Positions 46,856 through 57,577 of a DNA stretch of 64,000 nt are shown here, in pieces. The notes below the pieces were generated by a model. The model did not search any database, was not told the DNA's origin, and worked only from the letters and a program-made list of their open reading frames with translations. A program made the position numbers and the translations under genes. The stretch comes from an uncultured Anaeroplasmataceae bacterium (lineage in GTDB: Bacteria; Bacillota_I; Bacilli_A; Acholeplasmatales; Anaeroplasmataceae), in NCBI GenBank assembly GCA_964547945.1, contig CAZJPL010000001.1, positions 345 to 64,344 of the forward strand, read 5' to 3'. Position 1 is the first letter of the stretch; each line of letters begins with the position of its first letter.

Positions 46856-49800
46856 TTATTTTTCTATGATATTTTTTATATCAGATAGATAATTTATAAT
46901 ATCTTTTATAGCACTTAATATTTTATCTTCTTTACGAGTTTGAAGTAAAATATTAGGATTAATGTATTTTAAAATTATATTCTTATGATTCTTTAATAAA
47001 CTAAACCAAAGATCACCTTGTATCTTATTGCTGGCATCTTTATTCATCTTAAGAGATATAATGTTATTTGATAATATTTCTATATCTTCAAAATTAAATT
47101 CTTTAGCTAGATTTTTAAATAATTTTTCTTGCATATAATTATATGTATCTTCATCAATATCCCCAAATCTATCAATTAATTCGGATTCTAGATTATTAAA
47201 CTCTTCTTTAGATTTTAAATTCTCTATCTTGCGATGAACTTCTATTCTTATATCTTCATTATTAATATAAGATTCACTAACAGTAAGAGATATTAGTGGT
47301 TTAGAGCTTACTGGGTTTGTTGATATAGTTTCTGGCTTAATATTATGAACTTCTTCATTTAATATCTTTAAATACATGTCTATACCTACTGATTCAACAA
47401 AACCAGACTGTTCTGCCCCTAAGATATCACCTGAACCTCTAATAGATAAATCTCTCATCGCTATTTTAAAGCCTGAACCTAACTCATTAAATTCTTTTAT
47501 CGCATCTAATCTCTTCTCGGCTTCTTTAGTTAGTATTTTACTAGGTTCATAAAATAAATAAGCATAAGCTATTTTATTAGATCTACCTACTCTACCTCTT
47601 ATTTGATAAAGTTGTGCTAAACCTAGTTTATCAGCATCATTTATAATTAAAGTATTAGTTTCAGGTATATCTATACCAGTTTCAATAATAGTAGTACATA
47701 CTAACACATCATATTTTTTATTTATAAAATCATATATTCTTTTTTCTAATTCTGTACTTTTTAACCTACCATGAGCAAACACAATTCTCGCATTAGGACA
47801 TAACTTAGATATTTCAATAGTCTTATTCTCTATAGTATCTATTCTATTATATAAATAAAATACCTGTCCTTTACGCGATAATTCTCTTTCTATCGCATCT
47901 CTTATAATAGCGTCATTTTGTTCAATTACATAAGTTTGAATCGGATATCTATTCTTAGGAGGAGTTTCTATCATAGACATATCTTTAATACCTATCATAG
48001 ACATCTGCAAGGTTCTAGGAATAGGAGTTGCAGATAAGGTTATACAATCTACATTTACTTTTAATTCTTTTATTCTTTCCTTATGAACTACACCAAATCT
48101 TTGTTCCTCATCTACTATTAAAAGTCCTAAATCTTTATAATTAATATCTTTATTTAATAATTTATGAGTCCCTATTACAACATCTACACTTCCGCTTAAA
48201 AGTCCTTCAAAAACTTCTTTTTGACGAGACGTAGAAACAAATCTATTTAATAATTCAACCTTAATTCCGTATTTATCCATTCTATCAAAAAAAGTATGAT
48301 AATGTTGATTAGATAAAATAGTAGTAGGACAAAGTAAGGCAACCTGTTTACCAGCTAAAACAGCTTTAAAGGCCGCTCTTAAGGCAACCTCAGTCTTCCC
48401 ATAACCTACATCCCCACAAATTAATCTATCCATAGGAATAGGTCGTTCCATGTCATGTTTAACATCATCAACAGCTCTTTGTTGATCTTCAGTTAATTCA
48501 TAAGGAAAATCAGCTTCAAAAGATACCTGCATATCATCATCTTTAGGGAAGGCAAAACCACTAGCTTTTTCTCTTTTTGAATATAAATTAATTAATCTAT
48601 CAGATATATCTCTTAATTTCTTTCTTACTCTTTCTTTAGTTCTAGACCAAGAAGGACTTCCTATTTCATTTAATTCAACATTTAAAATATCACCTGAGGC
48701 ATACTTCATTAAATTATTAATATTTTCAACAGGTATATATAAACTAGAATTATTAGCGTATTCACAGTAAATATAATCTCTTTTAATATTATTATTAAGC
48801 AGGGTCTTAATCCCTAAATATCTACCTACACCATAATCATAATGAACTATATAATCTCCTTGTTTTAATTCATCATAACGATTAATTTTAATAGAATTTT
48901 TATAAATTGATTTATATCTAGGTGTCTTTTTAGACTCTATAGATAAACTCATTAAACTATTTTCATTAATAATAAAGATATCTTGATATTTTAATTTAAC
49001 ACTAGGTAAGTTTATCTTAGTAAAGAATATTTTAGACTTATCATGAGGTTTTGTAAGACTACCTTCATTATAAAAAATATTATGTTCAAATAAACTTCTT
49101 TTAACTTTATCTATTACTTCATCTCTTTCTATAGATAATAATATATTTCTATATGATTGGTATTTAGCTAATTCTTTATTTATTAAAGCTTCATTTCCTT
49201 TAAAATAAGGAACATCTTCATAACCTATATTAATATCAGCATCAAATAAAGTTCTTATACCTTCTATTTCTACATTAGCTTTAAAAAAAGATATATTAAA
49301 GAAAGATTCTAACCTAGACATGAAATGTCCTCCTAATCTTCCTTCATATTCATTTAAATCTAATATCATATTCTTATATATATCTTCTATTTTACCTGGA
49401 TCTATAAAATATATTTTCTTATTTTCTTTAAAATCAACAATACTACAAGATTCATTATAAAAAAAGGCTATATAACGCATTAATTTAGAAGTATTCTCTC
49501 TTAAAGATAAATCATTAATATCCTTATCTATCATATTCTTTTCTATATCAGATAAAAGAGTATTTTCTTTAAAATTCAATATACCTTGAATAGCTCTTTT
49601 TAAATCAGTATCAGTATATAACATCTCTATTACTGGTTTAATACTTATACTATCTATTTCTTTATAAGATCTTTGAGTATCAGGATTATAATATTTAATG
49701 GTTTCTATTTCATCATCAAAGAAATCTAATCTTATTGGATTTTCTTCCCCAAAAGGATAGATATCTATAATAGAACCTCTCTTAGAAAAATCACCCGTTT

Positions 49801-50290
49801 TTAAACTAGTATAACTAAATTTATAACCCATTATTACTAATTTATTAATTAGATTATCTCTATTAATAATATCTCCTTTTTTAATATTAAAGATATTATC
49901 AATAAATACTTCTTTAGGAACTTCTTTTTTAATTAGGCCATTAGTATTAGTTATAACTATATAAGAATCATTATTTAATAAAGAATATATAGTTTGAAGT
50001 CTTTCATATAAGAAATCTCCCGAACTAGATAACATCTCAGATGTTAAAAGTTCATCAGCAGGAAAAAATAATACTTTATCAAAAGGTAAATATTTTACTA
50101 AATTATCATAATAATTTTGAGCTTCTGATATAGTAGGTAAAACAACAAAAATACTCTTATTATTTTTATAAAAATCTAAAATAATAAGAAGGATATTAAT
50201 ATCTATATTAGTCTTAGCTACTTTTATAAAATCAGCTTCTATTATCTCTTTAAAGGGAGATAAATTAGCTAAATATAATCTTTCATCCAT
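46856..50290 (-). CDS. mfd: transcription-repair coupling factor
   Basis: 1144 aa; CarD-like RID; SF2 helicase motifs GDVGYGKTE, DEEQRFG; TRG motif region. Confidence 0.96.
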   Translation of the reverse strand: MDERLYLANLSPFKEIIEADFIKVAKTNIDINILLIILDFYKNNKSIFVVLPTISEAQNYYDNLVKYLPFDKVLFFPADELLTSEMLSSSGDFLYERLQTIYSLLNNDSYIVITNTNGLIKKEVPKEVFIDNIFNIKKGDIINRDNLINKLVIMGYKFSYTSLKTGDFSKRGSIIDIYPFGEENPIRLDFFDDEIETIKYYNPDTQRSYKEIDSISIKPVIEMLYTDTDLKRAIQGILNFKENTLLSDIEKNMIDKDINDLSLRENTSKLMRYIAFFYNESCSIVDFKENKKIYFIDPGKIEDIYKNMILDLNEYEGRLGGHFMSRLESFFNISFFKANVEIEGIRTLFDADINIGYEDVPYFKGNEALINKELAKYQSYRNILLSIERDEVIDKVKRSLFEHNIFYNEGSLTKPHDKSKIFFTKINLPSVKLKYQDIFIINENSLMSLSIESKKTPRYKSIYKNSIKINRYDELKQGDYIVHYDYGVGRYLGIKTLLNNNIKRDYIYCEYANNSSLYIPVENINNLMKYASGDILNVELNEIGSPSWSRTKERVRKKLRDISDRLINLYSKREKASGFAFPKDDDMQVSFEADFPYELTEDQQRAVDDVKHDMERPIPMDRLICGDVGYGKTEVALRAAFKAVLAGKQVALLCPTTILSNQHYHTFFDRMDKYGIKVELLNRFVSTSRQKEVFEGLLSGSVDVVIGTHKLLNKDINYKDLGLLIVDEEQRFGVVHKERIKELKVNVDCITLSATPIPRTLQMSMIGIKDMSMIETPPKNRYPIQTYVIEQNDAIIRDAIERELSRKGQVFYLYNRIDTIENKTIEISKLCPNARIVFAHGRLKSTELEKRIYDFINKKYDVLVCTTIIETGIDIPETNTLIINDADKLGLAQLYQIRGRVGRSNKIAYAYLFYEPSKILTKEAEKRLDAIKEFNELGSGFKIAMRDLSIRGSGDILGAEQSGFVESVGIDMYLKILNEEVHNIKPETISTNPVSSKPLISLTVSESYINNEDIRIEVHRKIENLKSKEEFNNLESELIDRFGDIDEDTYNYMQEKLFKNLAKEFNFEDIEILSNNIISLKMNKDASNKIQGDLWFSLLKNHKNIILKYINPNILLQTRKEDKILSAIKDIINYLSDIKNIIEK

Positions 50291-50325
50291 AATATCACCT
50301 AAACACTAAAAAGTGAGTAAATTAC

Positions 50326-50892
50326 TCACTTTTTACTATATTTTGAAGCTAATTTATAGAAAGGAACATCTAAACTAAATTCAGTTATTATCTCTTCTAC
50401 ACTCTTTATTGCTTCTTCTATTAAAGGTTCTTCTTCATTTGTAAATTTAGATAAAACATAATCAGCTGTCTTCATTAAAGGATTTCTTCCTATACCTACT
50501 TTAATGCGTTTAAATTCTTCAGAACCTAGATTAGCTATGATGCTTTTAAGCCCGTTATGTCCACCACTAGAACCATTTTGTCTTAACCTTATTCTAGCTG
50601 TATGACTATCTAGGTCATCACATATAACTAAGATATCTAAAATAGATATTTTATAATAATTTTTAACAGTTAATACCGCATCTCCAGATAAATTCATGTA
50701 AGTAGTAGGTTTAATAATTATTATTTTTTCACCTTGAACGGTAAAAGAAGTTAAATAACACTTTAACTTCTTCTCTTCTTTAAATTCTAGATTATGTTTT
50801 TCTGCAAAATAATCGACACACATGAAACCTAGGTTATGTCTAGTTTTAGTATAGGTAGATCCGATATTACCTAAACCAACAATTAATTTCAT
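50326..50892 (-). CDS. pth: peptidyl-tRNA hydrolase
   Basis: MKLIVGLGNIG..Y..TRHN.GF; GGHNGLKSI. Confidence 0.96.
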   Translation of the reverse strand: MKLIVGLGNIGSTYTKTRHNLGFMCVDYFAEKHNLEFKEEKKLKCYLTSFTVQGEKIIIIKPTTYMNLSGDAVLTVKNYYKISILDILVICDDLDSHTARIRLRQNGSSGGHNGLKSIIANLGSEEFKRIKVGIGRNPLMKTADYVLSKFTNEEEPLIEEAIKSVEEIITEFSLDVPFYKLASKYSKK

Positions 50893-51882
50893 TTATAACA
50901 ACTCTCTTTTAGACTTATCATACGAATATATAAATAGGCCAGATAATGGTTCATTAGATAATATTCTAAGTATACCATGACCTAATAATGAACCAACTGA
51001 TAATACCTTTATTTTAGGTATTCTTTTTTCTTCTGGTAAATATATAGTATTAGTTATTACTAATTCTTTTAAAGCTGAATTCTTAACTCTTTCAATAGCT
51101 GGGTCAGATAATACACCATGTGTACAAGCAGCAAATACTTCTTTAGCACCTTTAGCTTTTAAAGCATCGGCAGCCACAGTTAATGTGCCAGCTGTATCAA
51201 CTATATCATCAACTATGATACAAGTCTTACCTTCTACATCACCTAAGATATTCATAACCTCAGCCTTATTAGGTTCAGGTCTTCTCTTATCAATAATAGC
51301 TATTGGACATTCTAATACTTTAGCGAATTCTCTCGCTCTAACAACTCCACCATGATCAGGAGAAACAACAATAACGTCTTTACCATTAATATGATTATCA
51401 ATAAAATAATTTACTAATATAGGTAATCCTAAGAAGTTATCAATAGGAATATTAAAGAAACCTTGAATTTGAGCCGCATGTAAATCCATCGCAATAACTC
51501 TATTAGCCCCAGCTGTTTGAAGTAAATCAGCCACAAGTTTCGCACTAATAGGTTGACGAGATTTAGCTTTACGATCTTGTCTAGAATAACCATAATAAGG
51601 CATGATTATATTAATAGTTTTCGCTGAAGCTCTCTTTAAGGCATCACACATAATAAGTAATTCCATTAAATGTTCATTAACTGGAGAACTCGTAGGTTGA
51701 ACAACAAAAACATCATGACCTCTAACAGTCTCATTAATATTAACATTTATTTCTCCATCAGCGAATCTTAATACTTCACAACTAGCTAATTCTATACCTA
51801 TAGATTTAGCTATATCTTCTGCTAGTTCTTTATTAGCTGATAAACTAAATAACTTAACTTTCTTACCTAATAATTCCGACAT
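50893..51882 (-). CDS. prs: ribose-phosphate diphosphokinase
   Basis: PRPP-binding loop [12 protein letters not shown]; [10 protein letters not shown]. Confidence 0.96.
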   Translation of the reverse strand: MSELLGKKVKLFSLSANKELAEDIAKSIGIELASCEVLRFADGEINVNINETVRGHDVFVVQPTSSPVNEHLMELLIMCDALKRASAKTINIIMPYYGYSRQDRKAKSRQPISAKLVADLLQTAGANRVIAMDLHAAQIQGFFNIPIDNFLGLPILVNYFIDNHINGKDVIVVSPDHGGVVRAREFAKVLECPIAIIDKRRPEPNKAEVMNILGDVEGKTCIIVDDIVDTAGTLTVAADALKAKGAKEVFAACTHGVLSDPAIERVKNSALKELVITNTIYLPEEKRIPKIKVLSVGSLLGHGILRILSNEPLSGLFIYSYDKSKRELL

Positions 51883-51936
51883 AATTTCCTCCTAAAACAC
51901 AAGAAGTATTATAACAAAATTTGTTATATTTTTCAT

Positions 51937-53535
51937 CTAATTTATTATTTTTGTTTGGATAATTAATAAATTATTCATTTTTTCTTTTAATACATCTTTT
52001 TTATCTATCTCAAAACTATATCTAGTAGGTCCACTACCACTTTGATAAGTTTTTATATTTAAATCTTTTAAACTATTATAAAAAGCTAAATATTTCTCAT
52101 CTTTTAAAGCTGGTTTTTCTAAATCATTAAAGATATATTCTTCTAATTTAATTATATTATTGACTTTTAAAGCTTCTAAAATATCTATTGTAGTATCTAT
52201 CTTATCTTCAAATAAATAATTATCATAAACACTTTTTGTACTTAAACCAAAATTAGGATTAATAATTAAAATAGGTATATCAAGTTTTATATCTATTAAA
52301 TCTATTATTTCTCCTCTACCTTTACAAGTAGCTAAATTTTGATATAAAGTATAAACATTATCAGATCCTAAAACTTTAGCTAAATCTTCTAGCTCACTTA
52401 ATTTTTTATTTAGACAAAATAATCTATTTAAACCTCTAAGAGTAGCCGATGAATCACTACTACCACCGGCTAATCCAGCAGATAAAGGTATATTTTTCTT
52501 TAAATAGATAGTTACTCCTTCACGAATTTTATACTTTTCTTTGAATAATTTAATAGTCTTTAAAATAACATTATCTTCTATATCTATATTAGATATAACT
52601 TTATCTTCTTTTGATTTAATAAATACTAATTCATCAGATAAGTCTATTTTAGCCATTAGACTATTTATATCATGATATCCAGTATTTTTATCTAAAACTC
52701 TTAAACTTAAATTTATTTTAGCATAAGCTTTCTCATAAATATTACTTAGCTTAAATAATTCATCCGATAAATCTATTATATCTTTAATGCTTAACTCTTC
52801 CGCTCTAGCTGTTAATTTTAATCCTAAATTATTAAAGGCAGTATTTATAATATTACTTTCAAAATTATCTTTAATATTATTAATAATAGTCTTTCTTTTT
52901 TGTTTAAATATTAATTTATTAATATAATAAAAATAATCTTCTGATATAGGTTTATATAATATATCTTTTTTAGTTAGACTAATAACCGCACTTGTTACTT
53001 TAGGAACAGGATCAAAAGAAGTATTTTTAACTATAAAACATTTCTTAGTATTAAATAAATAATTTAGATATACTGTTAAAGAATTATATTCTTTATTATT
53101 AGATAAACTAGTATATCTATCAGCTACTTCTTCTTGAACCATGAAGACATACTTATTAATATCTAATTTTTCTTCTATTAACTTAATTAAAATAGCTGTT
53201 GTTATATAATAAGGTAAGTTACCTATTATATAGACATTACTTACTTGATATTTAGCTATATCAGATTTAATATTAGCTTCTAAAATATCTGATTCTACTA
53301 CTTCAAAATTAGGAGTTTTTATATTTTCTCTTAGACTCGCCACACAGTCTCTATCTATTTCATAAGCTAAGACATGTTTAGCCTTTAAAACTAACTCCTT
53401 AGTTAAAGCTCCATATCCCGGACCTATTTCTATAACTAGTGAATCTTCAAGTAAATCTAGTTCATCTACTATTTTATTTATAATATTCTTATCAATTAAA
53501 AAATTTTGACCAAATCTTTTTTTAGCTTTTATCAT
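51937..53535 (-). CDS. rsmA: fusion protein: 16S rRNA (adenine1518/1519-N6)-dimethyltransferase RsmA/KsgA + 4-diphosphocytidyl-2-C-methyl-D-erythritol kinase IspE
   Basis: N-half: FGQNFL..., EIGPGYGALT (SAM site), NLPY. C-half from about aa 268: YAKINLSLRVL..., GHMP motif PLSAGLAGGSSDSSA. Single 532-aa ORF. Confidence 0.88.
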   Translation of the reverse strand: MIKAKKRFGQNFLIDKNIINKIVDELDLLEDSLVIEIGPGYGALTKELVLKAKHVLAYEIDRDCVASLRENIKTPNFEVVESDILEANIKSDIAKYQVSNVYIIGNLPYYITTAILIKLIEEKLDINKYVFMVQEEVADRYTSLSNNKEYNSLTVYLNYLFNTKKCFIVKNTSFDPVPKVTSAVISLTKKDILYKPISEDYFYYINKLIFKQKRKTIINNIKDNFESNIINTAFNNLGLKLTARAEELSIKDIIDLSDELFKLSNIYEKAYAKINLSLRVLDKNTGYHDINSLMAKIDLSDELVFIKSKEDKVISNIDIEDNVILKTIKLFKEKYKIREGVTIYLKKNIPLSAGLAGGSSDSSATLRGLNRLFCLNKKLSELEDLAKVLGSDNVYTLYQNLATCKGRGEIIDLIDIKLDIPILIINPNFGLSTKSVYDNYLFEDKIDTTIDILEALKVNNIIKLEEYIFNDLEKPALKDEKYLAFYNSLKDLNIKTYQSGSGPTRYSFEIDKKDVLKEKMNNLLIIQTKIIN

Positions 53536-54070
53536 ATTCTTCTACCAATTTTAAAACTGTATTATATCCTATATTAAAACTATTTAATCTATTGATTAAA
53601 GTCTTAGTATTAGGACTTCCTATATTTAATTTATTTGAGATATATTCTCTTCTTGATTTAGAATTTATATCACTGCTTAATTTTAACTCTATTAATTTAT
53701 TTAAATCCCAAAACTTATTATTTTGTGTAGGTTCTAAAATATCCTTTAATAAAGCCTTTAAATCTTCTATATCAGCGTGTTCTACTCCTACTTTTTTATT
53801 GTTTTTAGATTTACAAAATTCATTTTTTATAAAGATATGATTTGCGTTAGGACATACTTCAGTTATCTTTTTCCTTATTCTTTCACCTGGATAATCAGGA
53901 TCAGTAAATACTATTATTCTATTATTTTTACTATATTCCTTTAATAAATTAAGAGTCTTATCACTTATTTCACTACCATTAGTAGTAATAATTAAACCAG
54001 AAAATATATCTTTTAATCTAGCATAATCATGTCTACCTTCAACTACTAATATATCCATATTAGCCCTCAA
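53522..54070 (-). CDS. rnmV: ribonuclease M5 (Toprim)
   Basis: ILVVEGRHDYARL, VFTDPDYPGERIR; conserved position upstream of ksgA. Confidence 0.9.
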   Translation of the reverse strand: MRANMDILVVEGRHDYARLKDIFSGLIITTNGSEISDKTLNLLKEYSKNNRIIVFTDPDYPGERIRKKITEVCPNANHIFIKNEFCKSKNNKKVGVEHADIEDLKALLKDILEPTQNNKFWDLNKLIELKLSSDINSKSRREYISNKLNIGSPNTKTLINRLNSFNIGYNTVLKLVEEYDKS

Positions 54071-55247
54071 AATAATATATCCTTCTTACTTCTTTATAAG
54101 ATGATTGAGCTAAGGTATTAATAAGTTTAGAATAATCTTCTAAATTAATTATTTTATTATTAGGTAATAATATCTTAATACTATCATCACCCTTACTTAT
54201 TAAATAAGCTACAGCTGATACACTAGATTCATAATAGTAATATCTATTTTTATTTATTTTTAGTTTATTAATATCAACAAATCCATCTAATTCTACATAA
54301 TTAAATAAACGTCTTTCTTCTAAGGCATTAGAAAATTTATTTAATATTTCGTCATCACTTTTAACTAATTGTTTAATAAACCCATTTACATAAGAATCAT
54401 CTATTTCTATGTAACTTTCTATATCATTAGAATCTTTTATAACATTTAAAAAGTCTTCTATATTAGCTTTTATTTTAACATTTTCTTTAACTAAATCCTT
54501 TATTCTTAAATAAATAGTTTCAAGTAAAAGTTCATAAGCTCTAGCTGCAGGATGATAATATACCTGAAAATACATGTGATATCTACTCATCAAATATGAC
54601 TCAACTGAATGAAGACCAGAAGCTCTAATAAGTACACCATCTTTTGTCACTATTAAAGATCTTAATAATCTATATCTATCAATAGTTCCATAAGTAGCTC
54701 CTGTAAAATAAGCATCTCTAGTTAAATAATCTAGTCTATCAACATCTAATTGACTAGATATTAGCTTTTCTATTATTTTATATTTTGATTTTTTTCTAAT
54801 AATATTAGCTATATCTGTAGGTTTTATTTGATATTCTACTAAAATATTATAAATATCACCATAAGGATAAGTAATAATTCTCGCTGTCATTTCTTCATGA
54901 CTTACATCTAATATATTTTCAAAAGCATGTGAATACGGACCATGTCCTACATCATGTAATAAGGCTGATATTAAAAAAAGTACTTGTTCATATTCGTTTA
55001 AATTTTCTTTTGCTCCCTCAACTTCATCTAATACCATCTTAGCCATTTGATAAGTTCCTAAAGCGTGACAAAAACGAGAATGTTCAGCTGTTTGAAACAC
55101 CATACAAACACCACTTAATTGTCTAATTCTTCTCAATCTTTGAACTTCTTTACTATCTATTAACTTAGCTATTACTTCTAATTCTACTTCTATATACCCA
55201 TATAAAGGATCTCTAAAAACTTTTTTTCTTGGTAGTTTATTAAACAT
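54060..55247 (-). CDS. HD domain phosphohydrolase (YwfO/dNTPase-like)
   Basis: RFCHALGT...LLHDVGHGPYSH...DVDRLDYL.RD motifs. Confidence 0.8.
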   Translation of the reverse strand: MFNKLPRKKVFRDPLYGYIEVELEVIAKLIDSKEVQRLRRIRQLSGVCMVFQTAEHSRFCHALGTYQMAKMVLDEVEGAKENLNEYEQVLFLISALLHDVGHGPYSHAFENILDVSHEEMTARIITYPYGDIYNILVEYQIKPTDIANIIRKKSKYKIIEKLISSQLDVDRLDYLTRDAYFTGATYGTIDRYRLLRSLIVTKDGVLIRASGLHSVESYLMSRYHMYFQVYYHPAARAYELLLETIYLRIKDLVKENVKIKANIEDFLNVIKDSNDIESYIEIDDSYVNGFIKQLVKSDDEILNKFSNALEERRLFNYVELDGFVDINKLKINKNRYYYYESSVSAVAYLISKGDDSIKILLPNNKIINLEDYSKLINTLAQSSYKEVRRIYYFEG

Positions 55248-55395
55248 TTTCTATTTCCTTTCATTCGTTTTAATTATACCTTAACACACTAAAACTTACA
55301 ATGTAATATAAATAATTAAAAACTTAGATAGTTATTTAATAAACAAATTGAAAAATTATGATTGTTAATCTATATTTTTATATATCTATTTCTTG

Positions 55396-55440
55396 ATTTC
55401 CTCCAAATAGTTTTGTAAAATAAAGGTAATTGGAGGAAAT
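55396..55440 (+). promoter_or_regulatory. perfect 11-bp inverted repeat spanning the abiEi promoter/SD (putative operator or SD-sequestering hairpin)
   Basis: ATTTCCTCCAA (55396-55406), 23 nt, TTGGAGGAAAT (55430-55440). The spacer contains TTGTAAAAT; the right arm contains the SD. Confidence 0.5.
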
Positions 55441-55441
55441 T

Positions 55442-56035
55442 ATGATTTTAACTATAGACCATTTAGCTTTAATTTATAAAGATTATACTGATTTAGCTGG
55501 TAAAATAAGAAGAGAAATTAAAAATGGCAATCTAATTAAAATATCAAGAGGAATATATGAAAATAATAAAAATACTGATGGTAAATACTTAGCTTCATAT
55601 ATTTATGGCCCTTCTTATCTATCTTTTGATTATGTATTATCCTTATATAACTTAATACCAGAAAGTGTTCGTATCTATACTTCTGCCACCTACGCTAAAA
55701 ATAGAACTAAAAAGTATAAAAATTATTTTGGTACTTATTTATATAGAGATATTCCTAAAACAGTATATAGTTTAGGAGTAAATATTTATATAGAAAACGG
55801 ATATTCTTATCAATTAGCTAGTCCGGAAAAAGCCTTGTGTGATAAGTTATATATTATGAGTCCTGTAACTTCTATCAAAGATATAAAAGATATGTTATTT
55901 GAAGATTTAAGAATATATGATGAAAGTTTTTGGAAATTAGATACTAATTTCATTTGTCAAATTGCTGATTTATATCATTCTAATAATTTAAAATATTTAA
56001 AAAAGTATATATTATCTGTAAGAGGTGAATCATGA
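55442..56035 (+). CDS. abiEi: AbiEi-family type IV antitoxin/transcriptional regulator
   Basis: N-terminal ...GNLIKISRGIYE motif of AbiEi_4; 4-nt overlap (ATGA) with the downstream toxin gene. Confidence 0.8.
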   Translation: MILTIDHLALIYKDYTDLAGKIRREIKNGNLIKISRGIYENNKNTDGKYLASYIYGPSYLSFDYVLSLYNLIPESVRIYTSATYAKNRTKKYKNYFGTYLYRDIPKTVYSLGVNIYIENGYSYQLASPEKALCDKLYIMSPVTSIKDIKDMLFEDLRIYDESFWKLDTNFICQIADLYHSNNLKYLKKYILSVRGES

Positions 56036-56889
56036 ATTCAATATTAACCCAAATGATATCTAAATATAACACTACTTCTTTAACAGACAAACGTAATGTT
56101 TTAAAAGAAGTTGTCCAAGAAATAGCCTTGTGTGGTTTAGCTAGGACTGATTTTTTTAAAGAAGCTGCTTTTTATGGTGGGACAGCTTTAAGAATATTTC
56201 ATAGTTTAGATAGATTTTCTGAAGATTTGGATTTTTCATTAAAAGAGCCTAATACCAACTTTGATTTAAGTAAGTATTTTTATTCTATTGAAAAAGAACT
56301 ATCTTATCTTGGATTAAATTTTTCAGTAAAAGAAAAAGAAAAAACATCTGATTCAAATATTAAATCTGCTTTTTTAAAAGGTAATACTAAAGAACATATA
56401 TTAAATATATACGGAGATATACAAAATACCATACATCCAAATGAAATTATAACTATTAAATTCGAATTAGATGTAAATCCTCCAAAAGATGCTAACTTTG
56501 AAAGAAAATTTGGACTTCTTCCATCTCCATATGAAGTTTGTCTATATGACCTGCCAAGCTTATTTGCTGGTAAAATACATGCTGTTTTATGTCGTTCTTG
56601 GAAAAATAGAATAAAAGGTAGAGATTTATATGACTATATATTTTATATATCTCGTAATATAAAAGTTAATCTATCTCATTTAAAAGCTAGATTAGTAGAT
56701 TCTAATGCTATAGATAAAGATTTTGATTTAAATAGAGATAGTTTAATAAATTTATTAAATACTAGATTTCTAAATATAGATTATGAATTAGCTAAGAAAG
56801 ATGTATTACCTTATATTAATGAAAATTATCCTTTAAATTTATGGAGAGCAGAGTTCTTCATTGAAATAACTAAAAATCTAAATATTTAG
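56032..56889 (+). CDS. abiEii: AbiEii/AbiGii-family nucleotidyltransferase toxin (DUF1814)
   Basis: FYGGTALRIFHSLDRFSEDLDFSL nucleotidyltransferase motif; later KI.A...R....RDLYD. Confidence 0.88.
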   Translation: MNSILTQMISKYNTTSLTDKRNVLKEVVQEIALCGLARTDFFKEAAFYGGTALRIFHSLDRFSEDLDFSLKEPNTNFDLSKYFYSIEKELSYLGLNFSVKEKEKTSDSNIKSAFLKGNTKEHILNIYGDIQNTIHPNEIITIKFELDVNPPKDANFERKFGLLPSPYEVCLYDLPSLFAGKIHAVLCRSWKNRIKGRDLYDYIFYISRNIKVNLSHLKARLVDSNAIDKDFDLNRDSLINLLNTRFLNIDYELAKKDVLPYINENYPLNLWRAEFFIEITKNLNI

Positions 56890-56966
56890 CTAAAAATAAT
56901 CTTAAAATTATTTCATATATTACTTAAAAAGTGATATAATAAAGTCGAAAAGTGAGGAAAAAAGAT

Positions 56967-57539
56967 ATGAAAAAAATTTTAATTGAAACAAGTGCTAGAC
57001 ACGTTCATGTTACTAGTGAAACATTAAAAGTATTATTTGGACCTGAAGGTACATTAGAAGTTAAGAAAATGTTATCTCAACCAGGACAATTCGCAAGTGA
57101 TAAAAAAGTTAAAGTAGTTGGTCCTAAAGGTGAATTAAATTGTTCTATTTTAGGTCCTGAAAGAAAACAAGATCAAGTAGAATTATCATTCACTGATTGC
57201 CGTACTATCGGTGTTACTGCCCCAGTTAGAGAATCAGGAGATGTAGCTGGTAGTGCTCCTTGTAAATTAGTTGGTCCTTGTGGAGAAGTTGAATTAACTG
57301 AAGGCGTAATAGTTGCTAAAAGACATATCCATATGACACCTGAAGATGCTGAGGAATTCGGCGTTAAAAATGGTGATATAGTTGGTGTAAAAGTATTAAA
57401 TGAAACTGGTAGAAAACTAGTATTTGAAGACACAGTAGTTAGAGTATCTAGTAGTTATGCTTTAGCTATGCACATTGATACTGATGAATCTAATGCTGGT
57501 TGTTTAGCTGGTGAAATTTGGGGCGAATTAATCAAATAA
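56967..57539 (+). CDS. pduL: phosphate acyl(propanoyl/acetyl)transferase PduL
   Basis: Duplicated PduL motifs SARHVHV and KRHIHM; extended -10 TGATATAAT upstream. Confidence 0.9.
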   Translation: MKKILIETSARHVHVTSETLKVLFGPEGTLEVKKMLSQPGQFASDKKVKVVGPKGELNCSILGPERKQDQVELSFTDCRTIGVTAPVRESGDVAGSAPCKLVGPCGEVELTEGVIVAKRHIHMTPEDAEEFGVKNGDIVGVKVLNETGRKLVFEDTVVRVSSSYALAMHIDTDESNAGCLAGEIWGELIK

Positions 57540-57546
57540 TTTATAT

Positions 57547-57577
57547 AAAAAAACGGCTATTTCTAGCCGTTTTTTTT
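57547..57577. terminator. bidirectional terminator between pduL and the histidine kinase gene
   Basis: AAAAAACGGCTA-TTTC-TAGCCGTTTTTT. Confidence 0.85.

Noticed and set aside
54060-55247. HD-domain protein adjacent to AbiE as a dNTP-depleting defence dGTPase.
   Set aside because: It overlaps rnmV by 11 nt and heads the conserved housekeeping rnmV-ksgA operon. It resembles the ubiquitous YwfO-type HD protein, and its adjacency to AbiE is probably coincidental.
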